From NCBI RefSeq assembly GCF_009914755.1, contig NC_060948.1: a stretch of 64,000 nucleotides of DNA; one strand, given 5' to 3'. Under the pieces are notes generated by a model, which was given only the letters and a program-made list of their open reading frames with translations, was not told where the DNA came from and did no database searches. Made by a program: the position numbers and the translations under genes. This DNA is from the human T2T-CHM13v2.0 reference genome, Homo sapiens. This document shows positions 40,750 through 58,570 of the stretch, piece by piece (the first letter of the stretch is position 1; each line of letters opens with the position of its first letter).

Positions 40750-41978
40750 GGTTTCTTTAATGTCTTAGGAAGTGAACATGCGTTGAACAGGAGACTATAG
40801 TTTGATGTTGTCTTCGTCATTTTTTCAAATGTCTTTGACCCGGGAGGTTGGATTTTAAGGTGTTTCTGAAGGGGCGGCTCTTTAGGGGAAAGGAGTTTGG
40901 CAAATTTTTCCTCCTTCAGCCTCATCCTTCATTAACCTGTTGGCAACATGTGGGATTAGCTGCTTTCCAGGGTGAGCCAAGCCCAAAACTCCCTTTCAGG
41001 GAGGGTCACGGAAAAAGTGTTGAGAGAAGGGAGATGAGAACTAGCAGGGGAAGCGCACAGGCTTGAACAAGAACGTCTTGGGTGCCCGGAGAGCTTCAAA
41101 CAGCTGATCTGCAAGGAGCAGTTACCAAGGGGGTGGGGCCGGTCTATCTCCATCCTACCTGCACCCAGCCCGGGCCAGTGAGGTGTTCTGTAGTACAGCA
41201 CCGTCCCCGGGTCTCCATGAAAATACATTACCAAATAATCCCTCTCTTTGGCATTCCTGAATACTGAGTCAACACGGCGTATTGAATTTACACACTCTAA
41301 CACAAGGAAGAGACCATGCTGTTTGATATCCTATCATTGTATTCGGTATTCTTTCTTCTGTGTTAAGGCCATGGGCTCCCAAATTAACTATTAGAATGCA
41401 CTTTTCAAAAAACAATGAAAATGTTTTCAGCAAAGAGTGAAAAAATATATAAGAGAGGAGAAGCAGTGAAACTTATGAAGTTGGAAATGTTTTTGGCTCC
41501 AGTGGGAGACGGCTAAGATAAATAGTGCAAAGTCCATCCTTTGGGGCAGAGTAAATGGAATATCTAAATTGTCACTTCCTTGAAGGAATTCAAAGTTGCA
41601 GACATCAGAAGACTGAAGCTGCAAAGGTAATTTGCACCTTTGACTTCCTTAAAGAAACAGAACATGATACCATTATTACATTTTTGCTTTGACAGTCCTT
41701 TGGCACTGAGGAGGCAGCAGGCATTTCAGGGAGGTGGGTTTCGACGGGAGGGAGAGGAAGAAATAGCCTGAAAGGTATATTCCATCTATAAATGTCCTAT
41801 GCATCAAACACAAAACAAAAAAAGAAAGGATAAAAAAATTCAAAGTCAAGGTAACCTTTACACTGGGGACTTGTACATTCATGAGCTTATTTATGAAATC
41901 CCATGAACTTTTTAAATGTAAGCACTCATCCACTGCTGGGCTGCTCTGCCGTATCAGCCATCTCAAGATCAAAGGGTG

Positions 41979-42594
<616 letters not shown>

Positions 42595-42944
42595 TTATTT
42601 GGGAAGACCACCTTCATGGGCAGGCCATTTTCCATGGTGGCACCGTCAACGCTGGCATAGGACAGAAGCACCACACTGGAGGAATGGAGAAGGTGAGGTG
42701 GCACGTGCGGTATCTTCTTTGGCCAATGTCACCTTCAGCAATTGTCTCCTCAGACCTGGAGGGAGCTGCTTTAAGGAACTGGACGTGGGACATTTGGCCT
42801 CATATGCATTTGCTGGAGTGGTTCCTACATTTGCTGAGCAAGTACTGCATATGCAGAAACACCGCACACGTCCCAAACACAGTGCATCTGCCTTCTGCTT
42901 CATCCTTTGTATTTGGGGGGGCAGGGGAGGGCGTTACATGTTAT

Positions 42945-44305
<1,361 letters not shown>

Positions 44306-44404
44306 AATTAAATACAAGTTTAAATATTTTACACGTTTCACATGTACTATTCATGGACAATACAAAGTATATGTGGCACAAGTCATTTTTAAAAGACAGT
44401 TGCA

Positions 44405-47075
44405 ATTTAGATAACCTAACCAACTAGACTTCCTGTGACCTACAAAACTAGATTTTATGATGACCAACGCAACTACACCTCATCATACTCTAACCCAACT
44501 AAATCTCATTAGGACCAACCAAAATACACCTCATCATAACTTAACCCAAATAGATCTGATTATACCCTAACCCAACTAGACCTCATCATGACCTAACCCA
44601 ACTAAATCTCATTATAACCTAGCCCAAATAAACCTCAACATGACCTAATACAAACAGGTATCTTTATGACCAACCCAAATACACCTCATCATAACTTAAC
44701 TGAATCTCATCACAACCAACGACACTAGACCTCATAACCTAACCAAACTAGACCTCATCATGACCTAATACAACTAGATCACATCATGACCAACTCAACT
44801 AGACCTCATCATGACCTGACACAGCTAAATCTCATTATAAACAAGCCCAACAAGAACTAATCATGACTGACTATGACTAGATTTCATCATGACCAACCCA
44901 ACTACCTCATCGTGACCTAACTAACTCTCATCATGACCAACCCAACTATACCTCATCATAACTTAACCCAACTTAACTACATCATAACCTAACTCAACAA
45001 GACTTCATTATGACCTAATACAACTACATCTCATCAAGGCCAACAAAACTAGTCCTCATCATGACCTAACAAAATCTCATCATGACCAACCCAAATAGAC
45101 CTCATCACAACCTTATCCAAGTAAATCTCCTCATACCCTAACCCAACTAGAACTCATCATGACCTAACCAAACTAGACTTCATCATAACCTAACCAAACT
45201 AGACCTCATCACGACCTAATACAACTATATCTCATCAAGACCAACCCAACTAGACCTTATCATGACCTAATTATATCTCATCATGACCATCCAACTAGAT
45301 CTCCTCATGACATAATCCAACAAGATTTCATCATAACCAAACCAACTAGACCTCATCATAACCTAACCCAACTAGGTCTCATCATGACCTAATACAACTA
45401 GATCCCATCATGAGCAACACAACTAGACTGCATCATAAACAAATTACATCTCATTATGACAACGAACTAGATCTTATCATAACCTAACACACCTGGGTCT
45501 CATCATGACCCAATACAAGTAGATCTCATCATGAACAACCTACCAGAGCTCATCATAGCCTAGGCCAACTAGATTTCATTATGACCTAATACAACTAATT
45601 CTCATAATGACCAATCCCACTAGACCTCATCATGACCTAACCAAACTGGACTTCATCATAACCTAACCCAACTAGACCTCATCATGACATGAGACAACTA
45701 GATCTCATCACGACCTACCCAACTAGAACTCATCACGACCTAACTAGATCACATCGTGACCAACCAAACAGATCCCATTACAACTTAATCCAACTAGATC
45801 TCATCATAACCTAATACAACTAGATCTCATCATGACCAATGCACTAGACCTCATCATATCCTACCACAACTAGATCTCATCATGACCTAATCCAACTAGA
45901 TCTCATCATAACCTAATACAACTAGATCTCATCATGACCAATGCACTAGACCTCATCATATCCTACCACAACTAGATCTCATCATGACCTAATACAACTA
46001 GATTTCATTATGACCACCGCATCTGGACCTCATCATAACCTAACTGGATCTCAACATGACCAACCAACTAGATCTCATCATAACCTAACCCAACTATAAC
46101 TCATCATGATCTAGTACAACTAGCTCTCATCATGACAAACTCAATGAGACCTCATCATAACTTACCCCAACTACATCACATCATGACCTAATACAACTAG
46201 ATCTCATCATGACCAACCAACTAGATATCATCGTAATATAATTCAATTAGATCTCATCATGACCTAATACAACTAGATCTCATAAAGACCAGCCCAACTA
46301 GACCTCATCATAACCTAACTCAATTAAATCTCCTCATACCCTAACCCAACTAGACCTCATCATGACCTAACCCAACTAAACCTCATCATAATCTAACCCA
46401 ACTAGACCTCATCATGACTGAATATGACTAGATCTCATCACAACCAACCCAAATAGACCTCATCATAACCTAATTAGATCTCATCATGACCAACCAACTA
46501 GATCGCATCATAACCTAACCCAACCAGATCTCATCATGACCAACCCAACTAGACCTCATAATAACTTCACCCAATTAGATCACATCATAACCTAATACAA
46601 CTAGATCTCCTCATGACCAATCTAACTAGACCTCATCAGAACCTAACTAGATCTCATCATGACCTAATACAACTAGTTCTCATCATGACCAACCCAACTA
46701 GACCTCATCATAACCTAACCCAACTAGATCTCATCAAGACCTAATACAATTAGTTCTCCTCATGACCAACCCAACCGGACCTCCTCATAACCTAACTAGA
46801 TCTCGTCATGACCAACCAACCAGATCTCATCACAACCTGACCCAACTAGATCTCGTCATGACCTAATACAACTTGATCTCATCCTGACCAACATAACTAG
46901 TCCTCATTATAGCCTAACTAAGTCTCATCATGACCAATCAACTAGACCTCATCAGAACCTTACCCAACTGGATCTCATCAGGATCTAATACAACTAGATC
47001 TCATCATGACCAACCCAAGTAGACTTCATCATAACCCAACTAAACTTCATTATAACCCAACTAGACCTCATCATT
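44405..47075. repeat. Tandem array of 21-26-bp units (ACCTAACCCAACTAGAYCTCATCATR), ~2.7 kb
   Basis: ctagaYctcatcat core recurs about 100 times; higher-order periods of 122 and 102 bp. Confidence 0.93.
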
Positions 47076-47169
47076 ATCTACCCTTCCTGAGGACTGTACA
47101 AGAGATTTCTTATATTGGAAAAAAGCAGTATAATTTCCTCTTACTAAATAAAAAGATTTTGAGCCCAAA

Positions 47170-47370
47170 CCAGAGTCACCAATCTGCGGCTAAACCTGGC
47201 CTGCAGCTGGATATTGTACAAAAAGTTTTACAGCAACATAGACTTTCCTGTTGTTTTAAGTATTACCTATGGGTGGTTACTCACTACTAGGGCAGAGCTC
47301 ATAGTTATGAGAGAAACATATGAACACATTTATTATCTGTCTCTTTACAGAAAAAGTTTACCCACCCCAC
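47170..47370. mobile_element. MER58A-like hAT fragment
   Basis: ctgcggctaaacctggcctgcagc...ttattatctgtctctttacagaaaaagtttacccacccc. Confidence 0.6.
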
Positions 47371-48049
47371 TTTCATCTTAGATGACAGTCCATTGAGCAT
47401 TATGAAAAAAAATGATCCCCCACCAAAATAATATTTTGAAACAATGAGAACTAAGATCTTGTGGACAGATGGGAATTTGAACAACTGATATATGTGTCTA
47501 GTAATATTAATGTGCTTCAGTTGGACCCAGGTTATAATCTGAATTATTTTACAAGTAATTGATTATTCTTTAAATATTAATAAATTTTTAATTAAAATTT
47601 TGAAGTTAAATATTCCCATCTCTTATTTTGTATTTAATATAAAATTCATTGTGTTCAATGACATTTTTTCATTAATTGACTTTGAATCAAACTGCCATAC
47701 AAAATGAAAAAATGCCTCTCTCAGAATATATCCAATTATCCTCAAAGTCACACAGGGGAAATAAGACTGCATAATTGATTGGATTGACCTGAAGGGTCAA
47801 AACTGTAACTCACAGTGAAAATTAAACACTGACATCAGGAGCTCTGTGGGATAGGAGACACAGGTAGGGTGCAGATGTGGTGTTTACTTTCTGTTTATCT
47901 CAAGAAAAAAGGCACATTGGTGCTGACATATACTGCTCCTGATGCTCAGTAAACATCATCTAAATGAAGTGGTAACACTTGAGATTCCCATGCACATGAA
48001 CCAGAAGCTTGCTCACATGTCTTCATTGCTTTGTGCCTACAAAGTCCTC

Positions 48050-49175
48050 AGTCAACTAGACCTCACTGTGACCTAACCAAACCACACATCATCATGATCT
48101 AACTCAACCTGTCATCATGATCTAATCCAAGAGGACTTTATTGTGTTCTATTCAACTACCTCATGATGACATAACCCAGCTAGACCTTATCATGACCTAA
48201 TCCAACTAGACCTTATCATGACCTAACCCAACTAGACCTCATCATGATCTATCCACTAGGCCTCATCATGACCTTCCTAACTAGATCTCCTCATGATCTA
48301 ACCCAATTAGACGTCATCATGACCTACCCAACTAGACGTCAATGTGACCTGACCCAACTAGAACTCATTGAGTCTTAACCCAACTAGACTTCATCATGAC
48401 CTAGCCAAACCACACATCACCATGATCTGATCCAGCTAGATCTCATCATGCTATTACTGAAGTAGACTTCATTAAGACCTAATTAAATCACACCTCATAA
48501 TGATCTAACTCAACCAGTCATCCTAATCTAATCCAACAAGATTTCATCACATTCTACTCAACTACCTCATCATGACATAGCCAAACTAAACATTATGATG
48601 AACTAATACAACTAGACTTCATCATGACCTAACCAAACTGTACCTTACCATGATCTAATACAACCAAACCTCATCATGACTTAATACAAATAGACCTCAT
48701 CATGGCCTACCCAACTAGACCTCAATGTGACCTAACTCAACTACATTTCATCAGGACCTAACTCAACAAGACCTCATCATGACCTACCCAATTAGATCTC
48801 AAAGTGACCTAGCCCAACAAGATTTCATCATCACCTAAATAAGTCACACATCATCAAGTCTAATCCAACTAGATCTCATCATGCTGTTACTGAACTAGAC
48901 TTCATTAAGACCTAATCAAACCATACCTCATAATGACCTAACTCAACCAGTCATCATGATCTAATCGAACAAGACTTCATTACATTCTACTCAACTACTT
49001 CATCATGACATAACCAAAGGAGACGTTATCATGATCTAATACAACTAAACTTCATCATGACCAAACCAAACTGTACCTCAGCATGATCTAACTCAACCAG
49101 ACATCATCAGAACCTAATACAACTAGACTTCATCATGACCTGCCCAACTAGACCTCATCATGACCTAAACCACCA
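48050..49175. repeat. Second block of the ~26-bp array, ~1.1 kb, with a ~433-bp internal duplication
   Basis: Same core; ctagatctcatcatgctRttactgaa at 48436 and 48869. Confidence 0.9.
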
Positions 49176-49807
49176 CAATGAGGCAAAAAAGCACAAAGAA
49201 ATGGGGTGTTTTCTTCCTTTCCTAGTTTGATTAAGAATTAAACTAATAATTAAACATTGCCTAGCTAAATTAAGAATTAAGAAGATGAAAAAGATCATTG
49301 CACTGGAGGAGACAAAAGATCAAATATAACCAGTAATGGATGTGAGCCCTCCCATCTTTGTTCAACCTTGAGGGTCTCTCTTCATCCTACTCCACCATCA
49401 TTGAAGCCACTAGGCTCACATCCAGCCAACCTTCAGAGAATACCTATTGCTCTCCCTGTTCAAAAAATCAGCATCATTTTGACCCAGTCATCTCAAATAT
49501 TGGCAGAAGTCTGAGATATAGAAAGTCCTGGAAAGTTTGTCATGTTGTTAATGATACAGCAGATATCCACCTAGCATGGATGGTCAAAACCAAGGGTTGC
49601 CATCCATCACCACCTCACAGTCTCCAAGCTAAATCTCAGAAACCCCCTGCCCTACATCTTGTCTCTAATTTACTCAGGTCCCAGGGAGATGTAAACAGAT
49701 CATGGAGGTGCTCAAGTTCATAAGAAGTTCTAGAAATACACTCTCAGATGGGCACCCTCTCCCCTGGGGTCTCCTCATCTAAACCCAATCCTTTTGCATC
49801 TAGAGGG

Positions 49808-50761
49808 GGCGCAATAAACTGAATGTTTGTATCCCTCCAAAGTTCCTATGTTGAAATTCTAACATCCCCAGTGATTCTGTTGGGAGGCGGAGGCTTTGCG
49901 GGATGATTAGGTCACGAGGGTGGAGCACAATGAATGGAATTAGTACCCTTATAAAAGAGACCCCATCCAGGTTCCACCATGTGAGGACACAGGAGAAAGT
50001 GGCCATCCACAACCTAGAAGACAGACTACACCAGAATCTGACCACACTGACCCCCTGGTCTTGGGACTTCCAGCCTTGAGAACTGTAGGACAATAAGTTT
50101 CTATGGTTTATTGTGGAAGTCAGTGTGGCGATTCCTCAGGGATCTAGAACTAGAAATACCATTTGACCCAGCCATCCCATTACTGGGTATATACCCAAAG
50201 GATTATAAATCATGCTGCTATAAAGACACACGCACACGTATGTTTATAGCAGCACTATTCACAATAGCAAAGACTTGGAACCAACCTAAATGTCCAACAA
50301 CGATAGACTGGATTAAGAAAATGTGGCACATATACACCACAGAATACTATGCAGCCATCAAAAATGATGAGTTCATGTCCTTCGTAGGGACATGGATGAA
50401 GCTGGAAACCATCATTCTCAGCAAACTATCGCAAGGACAAAAAACCAAACACCGCATGTTCTCACTCATAGGTGGGAACTGAACAATGAGAACACATGGA
50501 CACAGGAAGGGGAACATCACACACCGGGGACTGTTGTGGGGTGGGGGGAGGGGGGAGGGATAGCATTAGGAGATATACCTAATGCTAAATGACGAGTTAA
50601 TAGGTGCAGCGCACCAGCATGGCACATGTATACATATGTAACAAACCTGCACGTTGTGCACATGTACCCTAAAACTTAAAGTATAATAATAAAATTTTAA
50701 AAAAAAAGTTTCTATGGTTTGCAAGGCACTCAGGCTACAGCAGCCCAAACACACCAAGACA
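49808..50761 (+). mobile_element. MLT1A/MSTD-type LTR split by an L1PA insertion
   Basis: actgaatgtttgtatccctccaaagttcctatgttgaaa...gacttccagccttgagaactgt; resumes at 50721. Confidence 0.7.
50110..50705 (+). mobile_element. 5'-truncated L1PA3/4-like element (ORF2 C-terminal ~120 codons, 3' UTR, poly-A)
   Basis: ORF 50111-50482 [29 protein letters not shown]...MFSLIGGN is the ORF2p end; 15-bp TSD aagtttctatggttt (50095-50109 / 50706-50720). Confidence 0.95.
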
Positions 50762-50845
50762 GGAGAGTTAGGGACATGGATGAACTTGACAATTTCAAGA
50801 AATTGTCATAAAGTTTTAACTTGTCCCAGTCTATTAAGAGAATGA

Positions 50846-52152
<1,307 letters not shown>

Positions 52153-52900
52153 TCATGTTTTGCAAAAGCCAAAAAGGCTCAAACTTAAGTGAAGGACGGA
52201 GCAAGGAGCCATGTGCGCTGACATGGACCACGCATCTCCAGGGAGACCAGAAGGCCACATGGGCTGAACATGGGGTTTCCCCATCTGAGTCAAAGACTCC
52301 TGGGGATTCCTGCATGAAATTCAGGAGGTTAGCATCAGCAAGGTTAGCATTTTCTTCTTTTGTAAATGGAGATGAGAAAACACAGAGGTGTGGGCAGCAG
52401 CCGTGCATTTGCCCCAGCAGAAACTGCCATGGAGATTTTTGGAGAGAGCTAACTCAAAGCCAAGTGGATGGCCATCGAGGCTCAGAATGCTAGCAGCTAT
52501 TGAAACGCATGAGGCCCAGGACCAGAGCAGCTATTTAAACGCATGAGTATATCACAGTTTTTATCGTATAGATGTAATGCATACAATGATGTGGAGAGTT
52601 CATTTTTTCCTTATACCTTTTATCTGCATCTCAACTTCATCGATTCGTAACATGATGACTTTTAGCCTGTCCAATGAGCATCAACAGATGTCCAGAGGTT
52701 CAAGGCCTGGAAAGACTCTTTGCTGAGCCCTGGTCACCAGATCAGACTCATGCTCTTATGCTTGAGCCTTTTGGGCTATCGCAAAGGCATTCAAGGCCCA
52801 GAAAAGTGTCTGTCCTGGACAGAGCTCCTCAAAGATAAGGAAGAACTGAGACAAATTCATGTTGAAATCTCCAGCCCTAAGCATTGTTTATGATCCGTGA

Positions 52901-54317
<1,417 letters not shown>

Positions 54318-54679
54318 TTAATTAAATGCAGATAGTGTCAAGAGTGGGCATAATACACATTAAGGCTTTTATTTTTCCAAGCTCATCTCCACACATCATT
54401 TAAGCTAGCTGATTTAGACTTCCCCAGGTATGCAATAGACTCTCTCCCCTCCTCCCCGCCCCCCACTCCGTCTCCATTGGCAGTAGTGGAATGGGTTAAT
54501 TTGAACTGTCCTCATATTCCCAGTTGAAGGGAGACCTGAAGAGGTCACAGAGGAAGAGGAGTCAGAGATCACGATAAGCTTTTAGAGAAATTTTCAAAAA
54601 GAAGAGCAGAAATCAAACTGTGAGTGTCTATAGGTCATGGTTGCAGAAGAAACAAGTATCCCGCAACATTGTTCAGATT

Positions 54680-55335
54680 CTGTTAGGAGCTTGTGTTTGA
54701 ACAAAATTCATAAATTGAAGTCCTAAAGCCCAGGGCCTCAGAATGTGACTGTGTTTGGAAATAAGGTCTTTAAAGTGGTGATTAAGGTAAAATGAGGTCA
54801 CCAGAGTGGGCCCCGATCTAATTGAACTGGTGTCCTTATAAGGAGAGCATATGAGGACACGGACACACACAGAGGGATGACCCTGTGAGGACACAGAGAG
54901 AAACCAAGGAGAGAGGCCTCAGGAGGAACCAGCCCTGCCCACACCTGGATCTCAGACATCCAGCCTCCAGGACTGTGGGAAACTCAATGTCTGTTGTATA
55001 TAAGCTGCCCATTCTATGGTAATTCTGTTATAGCGCCTGAAATGGACTAAGACATCTCAGGAGAAGAGGAGATGAAAACACACAGAGGGACGACCCTGTG
55101 AGGACACAGGGAGAAGATGGTGTCTACAAGCCAAGGAGTGAGGTGTCGGGAGGAACCAGCCTTACTCACACTGTGATATTGAACCTCCAGCCTCTGGAAT
55201 TGGGAGGAACCAGCCCTACTTACACTGTGATATTGAACCTCCAGCCTCTGGAATTGTGAAAAATAAATTTTGGCTTTTTAAGCAACCTCCAGTCTCCTTG
55301 AGATACTTTGTTATAACAGCCCTAGTAAAGTCATA
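54680..55335 (+). mobile_element. MLT1-derived LTR with the same internal re-iteration as 18914-19748, plus a ~54-bp tandem duplication (55148-55255)
   Basis: gactaagaca-tctca-ggagaagaggagatg junction at ~55045-55075. Confidence 0.78.
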
Positions 55336-55576
55336 AAGATATATGGTTATTTTTTTCCAGTAAACCATGTGAAAGAAACACAGGATCAATATTTAAGCAG
55401 AATATATATCTACTTCCAAAAGGGTACAACAATTTTCTGTGTTTTCTAGGTTGTGAATATCACCTTCATGAGCTTTCTGGATCTGACTGAATTTTCTATA
55501 TGCACATCAACATTTGCATACATGTCTGAATCAACACCTAAGTAGCTCACATTAGGTATAAGACACAACTAACTCT

Positions 55577-55892
55577 GCCAGGCGCAGTGGCTCACACCTG
55601 TAATCCTAGCACTTTGGGAGGCCACGGCAGGCGGATGGCTTGAGCTCAGGAGTTCAAGACCAGCCTGGCCAGCATATGGAAACTCTGTCTCTACTAAAAA
55701 TACAAAAATTATCCAGGCGTGGTGGTGCATGTCTGTAAACCCAGCTACTCGGGAGGCTGAGGTAGGAGAATCACTTTAACCCAGGAGGTGGAGGCTGCAG
55801 TGAGCCAAGATTGCACCACTGCAGTCCAGCACGGGTTGACGGACTGCGATCCTGTCTCAGAAAAAAAAAAAAAACCGAAAAAACAAAAAACA
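55577..55892 (+). mobile_element. Alu immediately downstream (transcript sense) of exon 2
   Basis: Sense dimer whose A tail ends ~25 nt from the exon 2 donor. Confidence 0.9.
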
Positions 55893-55915
55893 CAAGTAAC
55901 TGTAAAAGTCATCAC

Positions 55916-56023
55916 CTATGATAACATGCATGCCAAGTCTCGCCAGATGCTTCGCTGTAGAATAGCCAATGCCATCTGTCCCTCCCGTCACTATAGCGAC
56001 ACGGTCAGGTCGTGGGGGGAAAA
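55916..56023 (-). CDS. DHRSX: DHRSX coding exon 2 (108 nt, phase 1-1): (V)FPPRPDRVAIVTGGTDGIGYSTAKHLARLGMHVII; SDR nucleotide-binding TGxxxGIG motif
   Basis: Minus-strand acceptor ctcttcttctttttcag|TTTTCC and donor CATAG|gtgatg. The translation carries the classical SDR glycine-rich motif and matches recalled DHRSX residues ~37-72. Confidence 0.96.
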
Positions 56024-56424
56024 CTGAAAAAGAAGAAGAGAAAATCATCAAACTAAGATTTGAAAGCAGAGCACATATTTGTAAGAATTAAGCCTCCAGA
56101 GAGGCAAGATGCCAAAGGGAGTTATGGTTCAATTATTTCTGGTTCTGTTCCTCTTGAATTCCCACAGGCTCAGGAGGCATGAATGTATTAAAGTGGATTC
56201 GCCCCCAGTAATGACAGTGCAGTAAAAAACCACCTGATAAATCCCCTGTCATCCCCTGTGAGTCCCTGGCAGGCTCTGCAATATGCCGTCGGTGTGACCG
56301 GCAGAAAGGTCTGCAGAACGGATACCCTTTACAGAGGCGAGCAAGAATCCTGGAATAACCTCTGCTCTCAGGGCAGCACTGAGCAGGACATTTTTGTTCG
56401 TTTGCGTTGTAAAATGTAGACTTT

Positions 56425-56934
56425 ATTATGATGTAGGTATGGTGGGGCCAACAGATCAGGAGACTGCCGTTAAGCAAGTGGTTTGTTACTCACAGGTCCC
56501 AAGAGGAGGGGCGTGTTGACACCACTCAGGACCACACAGGGGCGCACCAAGTTTGGTCAGGTGGGAAGACAAAGGAGACCAGAGCTCTCACTGTGGTTTC
56601 CAAGGGAAGGAACAGGCGAGTAGGCTTACAGTTGGCTAGTGTGAATGATTTCAGCAGGCTCTGGGGCATAGGGGCTGTCCCTGACTCTCTGGTACCTGGC
56701 TTTGGGGTGGTTAGGGCAGGTGGAGAGTGACGTGGAATATGCAACCCCAATAAAGGAGATGGCTGGGGGGTGGATTCTGGATTGATGGGTTTGCATATGA
56801 AAGACAGGTTCATAGGTGGGCTCTTCACCACCTCTGGGGATTCGCTAGCTATGGGAGGGGCAGGGTCTCTAGGGTTGACAAGGCCATGAAAGTCATGCAT
56901 CAGAACACAGAAAATAAAAGACTTGGTTAATACA
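56425..56934 (-). mobile_element. MER74-like ERVL LTR
   Basis: Minus strand starts tgtattaaccaagtcttttattttctgtgttctgatgc...gaccctgcccctcccatagctagcgaat. Confidence 0.65.
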
Positions 56935-57029
56935 GTTTGCTTCATAGCTGCTGGTATCACACGTGCAGATAGCATCTCACTTGAATTTCTGGTTAAGACG
57001 AGTGATCCACATTTTGAGGGAGATTTGTA

Positions 57030-57625
57030 TTTCTTTTTCTTCCTTCCACTTGTCCTCCCTTCCTTCTCTCCATCTTTCCTTCCTTCCTTCCCTCTTTCCT
57101 TCCTTCCTCCTTCCTTCTCTTTTTCCTTTCTTCCTTCATTCCTTCCTTCCTTCATTCTTTCCTTCCCTCCCTCTTTCCTTCCCTCCCTCCTTCCTTCCTT
57201 CCCTCCCTCTTTCCTTTCTTCATTCCTTCCTTCCCTCCCTTTTTCCTTCCTTCCTCCTTCCTTCTTTCCTTCCTTCCTTCCCTCTTTCTTTTCTTCATTC
57301 CTTCCTTCCCTCCCTCTTTCCTTCTTTCCTTTCCTCTTTCCCTCCTTTCTTCTTTACTTCCTTGTCTCACTCCTTCTTTCTTCTTTTCCTTTTTCCTTCC
57401 CTCCCTTTCCTTCCTTTCTCCTTCCATCCTTTCCTCTTCACTTCTTTCTCTCACTTTTTCCTTCCTTCCTTCCCTTCCCTTCCTTTCCTCTTTACTTCCT
57501 TCTCTCACTCTTTCCTTCCTTCTTTCCCTCTTTCCTTCCCTCCCTCTTTCCTTTCTTTCCTCCCTCTTTCCTTCCTTTCTTCCTCCTTCCTTCTGTCCAT
57601 CTTCTAACCCTTCCCTCCTTCTTTT
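57030..57625. repeat. ~600-bp polypyrimidine/polypurine (TTCC/TCCC/TTTC)n tract
   Basis: Nearly pure C/T on the plus strand. Confidence 0.95.
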
Positions 57626-58290
57626 ATAAAATATGTGTAGAGCCCACACTCTGTGCCCAGCATACAGGGAAATGAATTAGACAAAGATAAACATGTTGTC
57701 TGCCTCAAGGACATTTGGTTCCCCTGGGAAAGATACCAACCACTCTAAATACACAGATGTGTCTGGCAATAATGCAGAACTTTCCAGATCTCACATCTTC
57801 CAGTTATGAATGAACTTCAAAGGAAGAAGAGGAAAGGGAGAAGCAGTGATTCTGGACGGAGGGTTAGAGAACAATCTTCCAAGGAGGGGCTCCTGAGCTG
57901 ATGTTGTGACGGTGAGAGCAAAAGTCTAGCAGGCCTGGGATATTCCAGGAAGAGGAAGGCGGCTGGCTGGCTAGCTGGAGCCAAGCACATGGAAGGAGGG
58001 AAGAGAGGAGGGAAGAAGGAGTAGGGGCACCCCAGAGTTCGTGAGCTTCTCTCTGGCAGACAGGGCGTCATCACGGGGCTCTGAGCCAATCTGTGATATG
58101 TTTCACAGGAAGGAATAGATTCATGGAGAATCCACTTGAGCTGGAGGAAGACAAGGCTATCAAGGGTCTCCTGAAGCAGCTGCAGGGACTGACGGGGGAG
58201 CTCCGCCACAGTTCAGCACAGGTGGTATGAGAGGTGCTGGATTCAGAATATGTCTCACAGGTACTGGCCACAGGGGTGCTGGTGGGAGTC
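57626..58290. mobile_element. Probable L2 remnant
   Basis: gagcccacactctgtgcccagca...tgcctcaagga motifs. Weak. Confidence 0.45.
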
Positions 58291-58570
58291 AGACTTCTCG
58301 CGTTCAAAATAAAAAGAAATCACAAGACAAGGACAGAGAGGGGGACATGATGAGGCAAGAATGACTCCTTGTACTGGGGGCTGAGAAAATTCAAGGAGGG
58401 AATTTCCATGAATTCCCTTGAGAAAGAAAGACTGAGGGAAAAGTGGATTTTGCAGGCAGGTAGTCAGGAAAGTCCCTTTCTGTGAATTATTATAGGCACA
58501 TATGATCTTTTTCAAGTTAGGAGATTATTTTGTTCAACATATTTGGAATGTTCTTTATTAAAATATAAAG

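Noticed and set aside
44405-49175. CRISPR-like array or true interstitial telomere
   Set aside because: Units are contiguous with no unique spacers, there are no cas genes and the DNA is primate. CCTAAC occurs once per unit, not as (CCCTAA)n.
50111-50482. L1 ORF2 C-terminal ORF as an active gene
   Set aside because: 5'-truncated 0.6 kb insertion with no promoter, endonuclease or RT domain.
55857-56051. 64-aa ORF as a standalone gene
   Set aside because: Only 55916-56023 is coding; the rest is intron read-through around DHRSX exon 2.
56526-57675. F/L/P/S-rich and R/K/E/G-rich ORFs resembling membrane or charged proteins
   Set aside because: Translations of the polypyrimidine tract.
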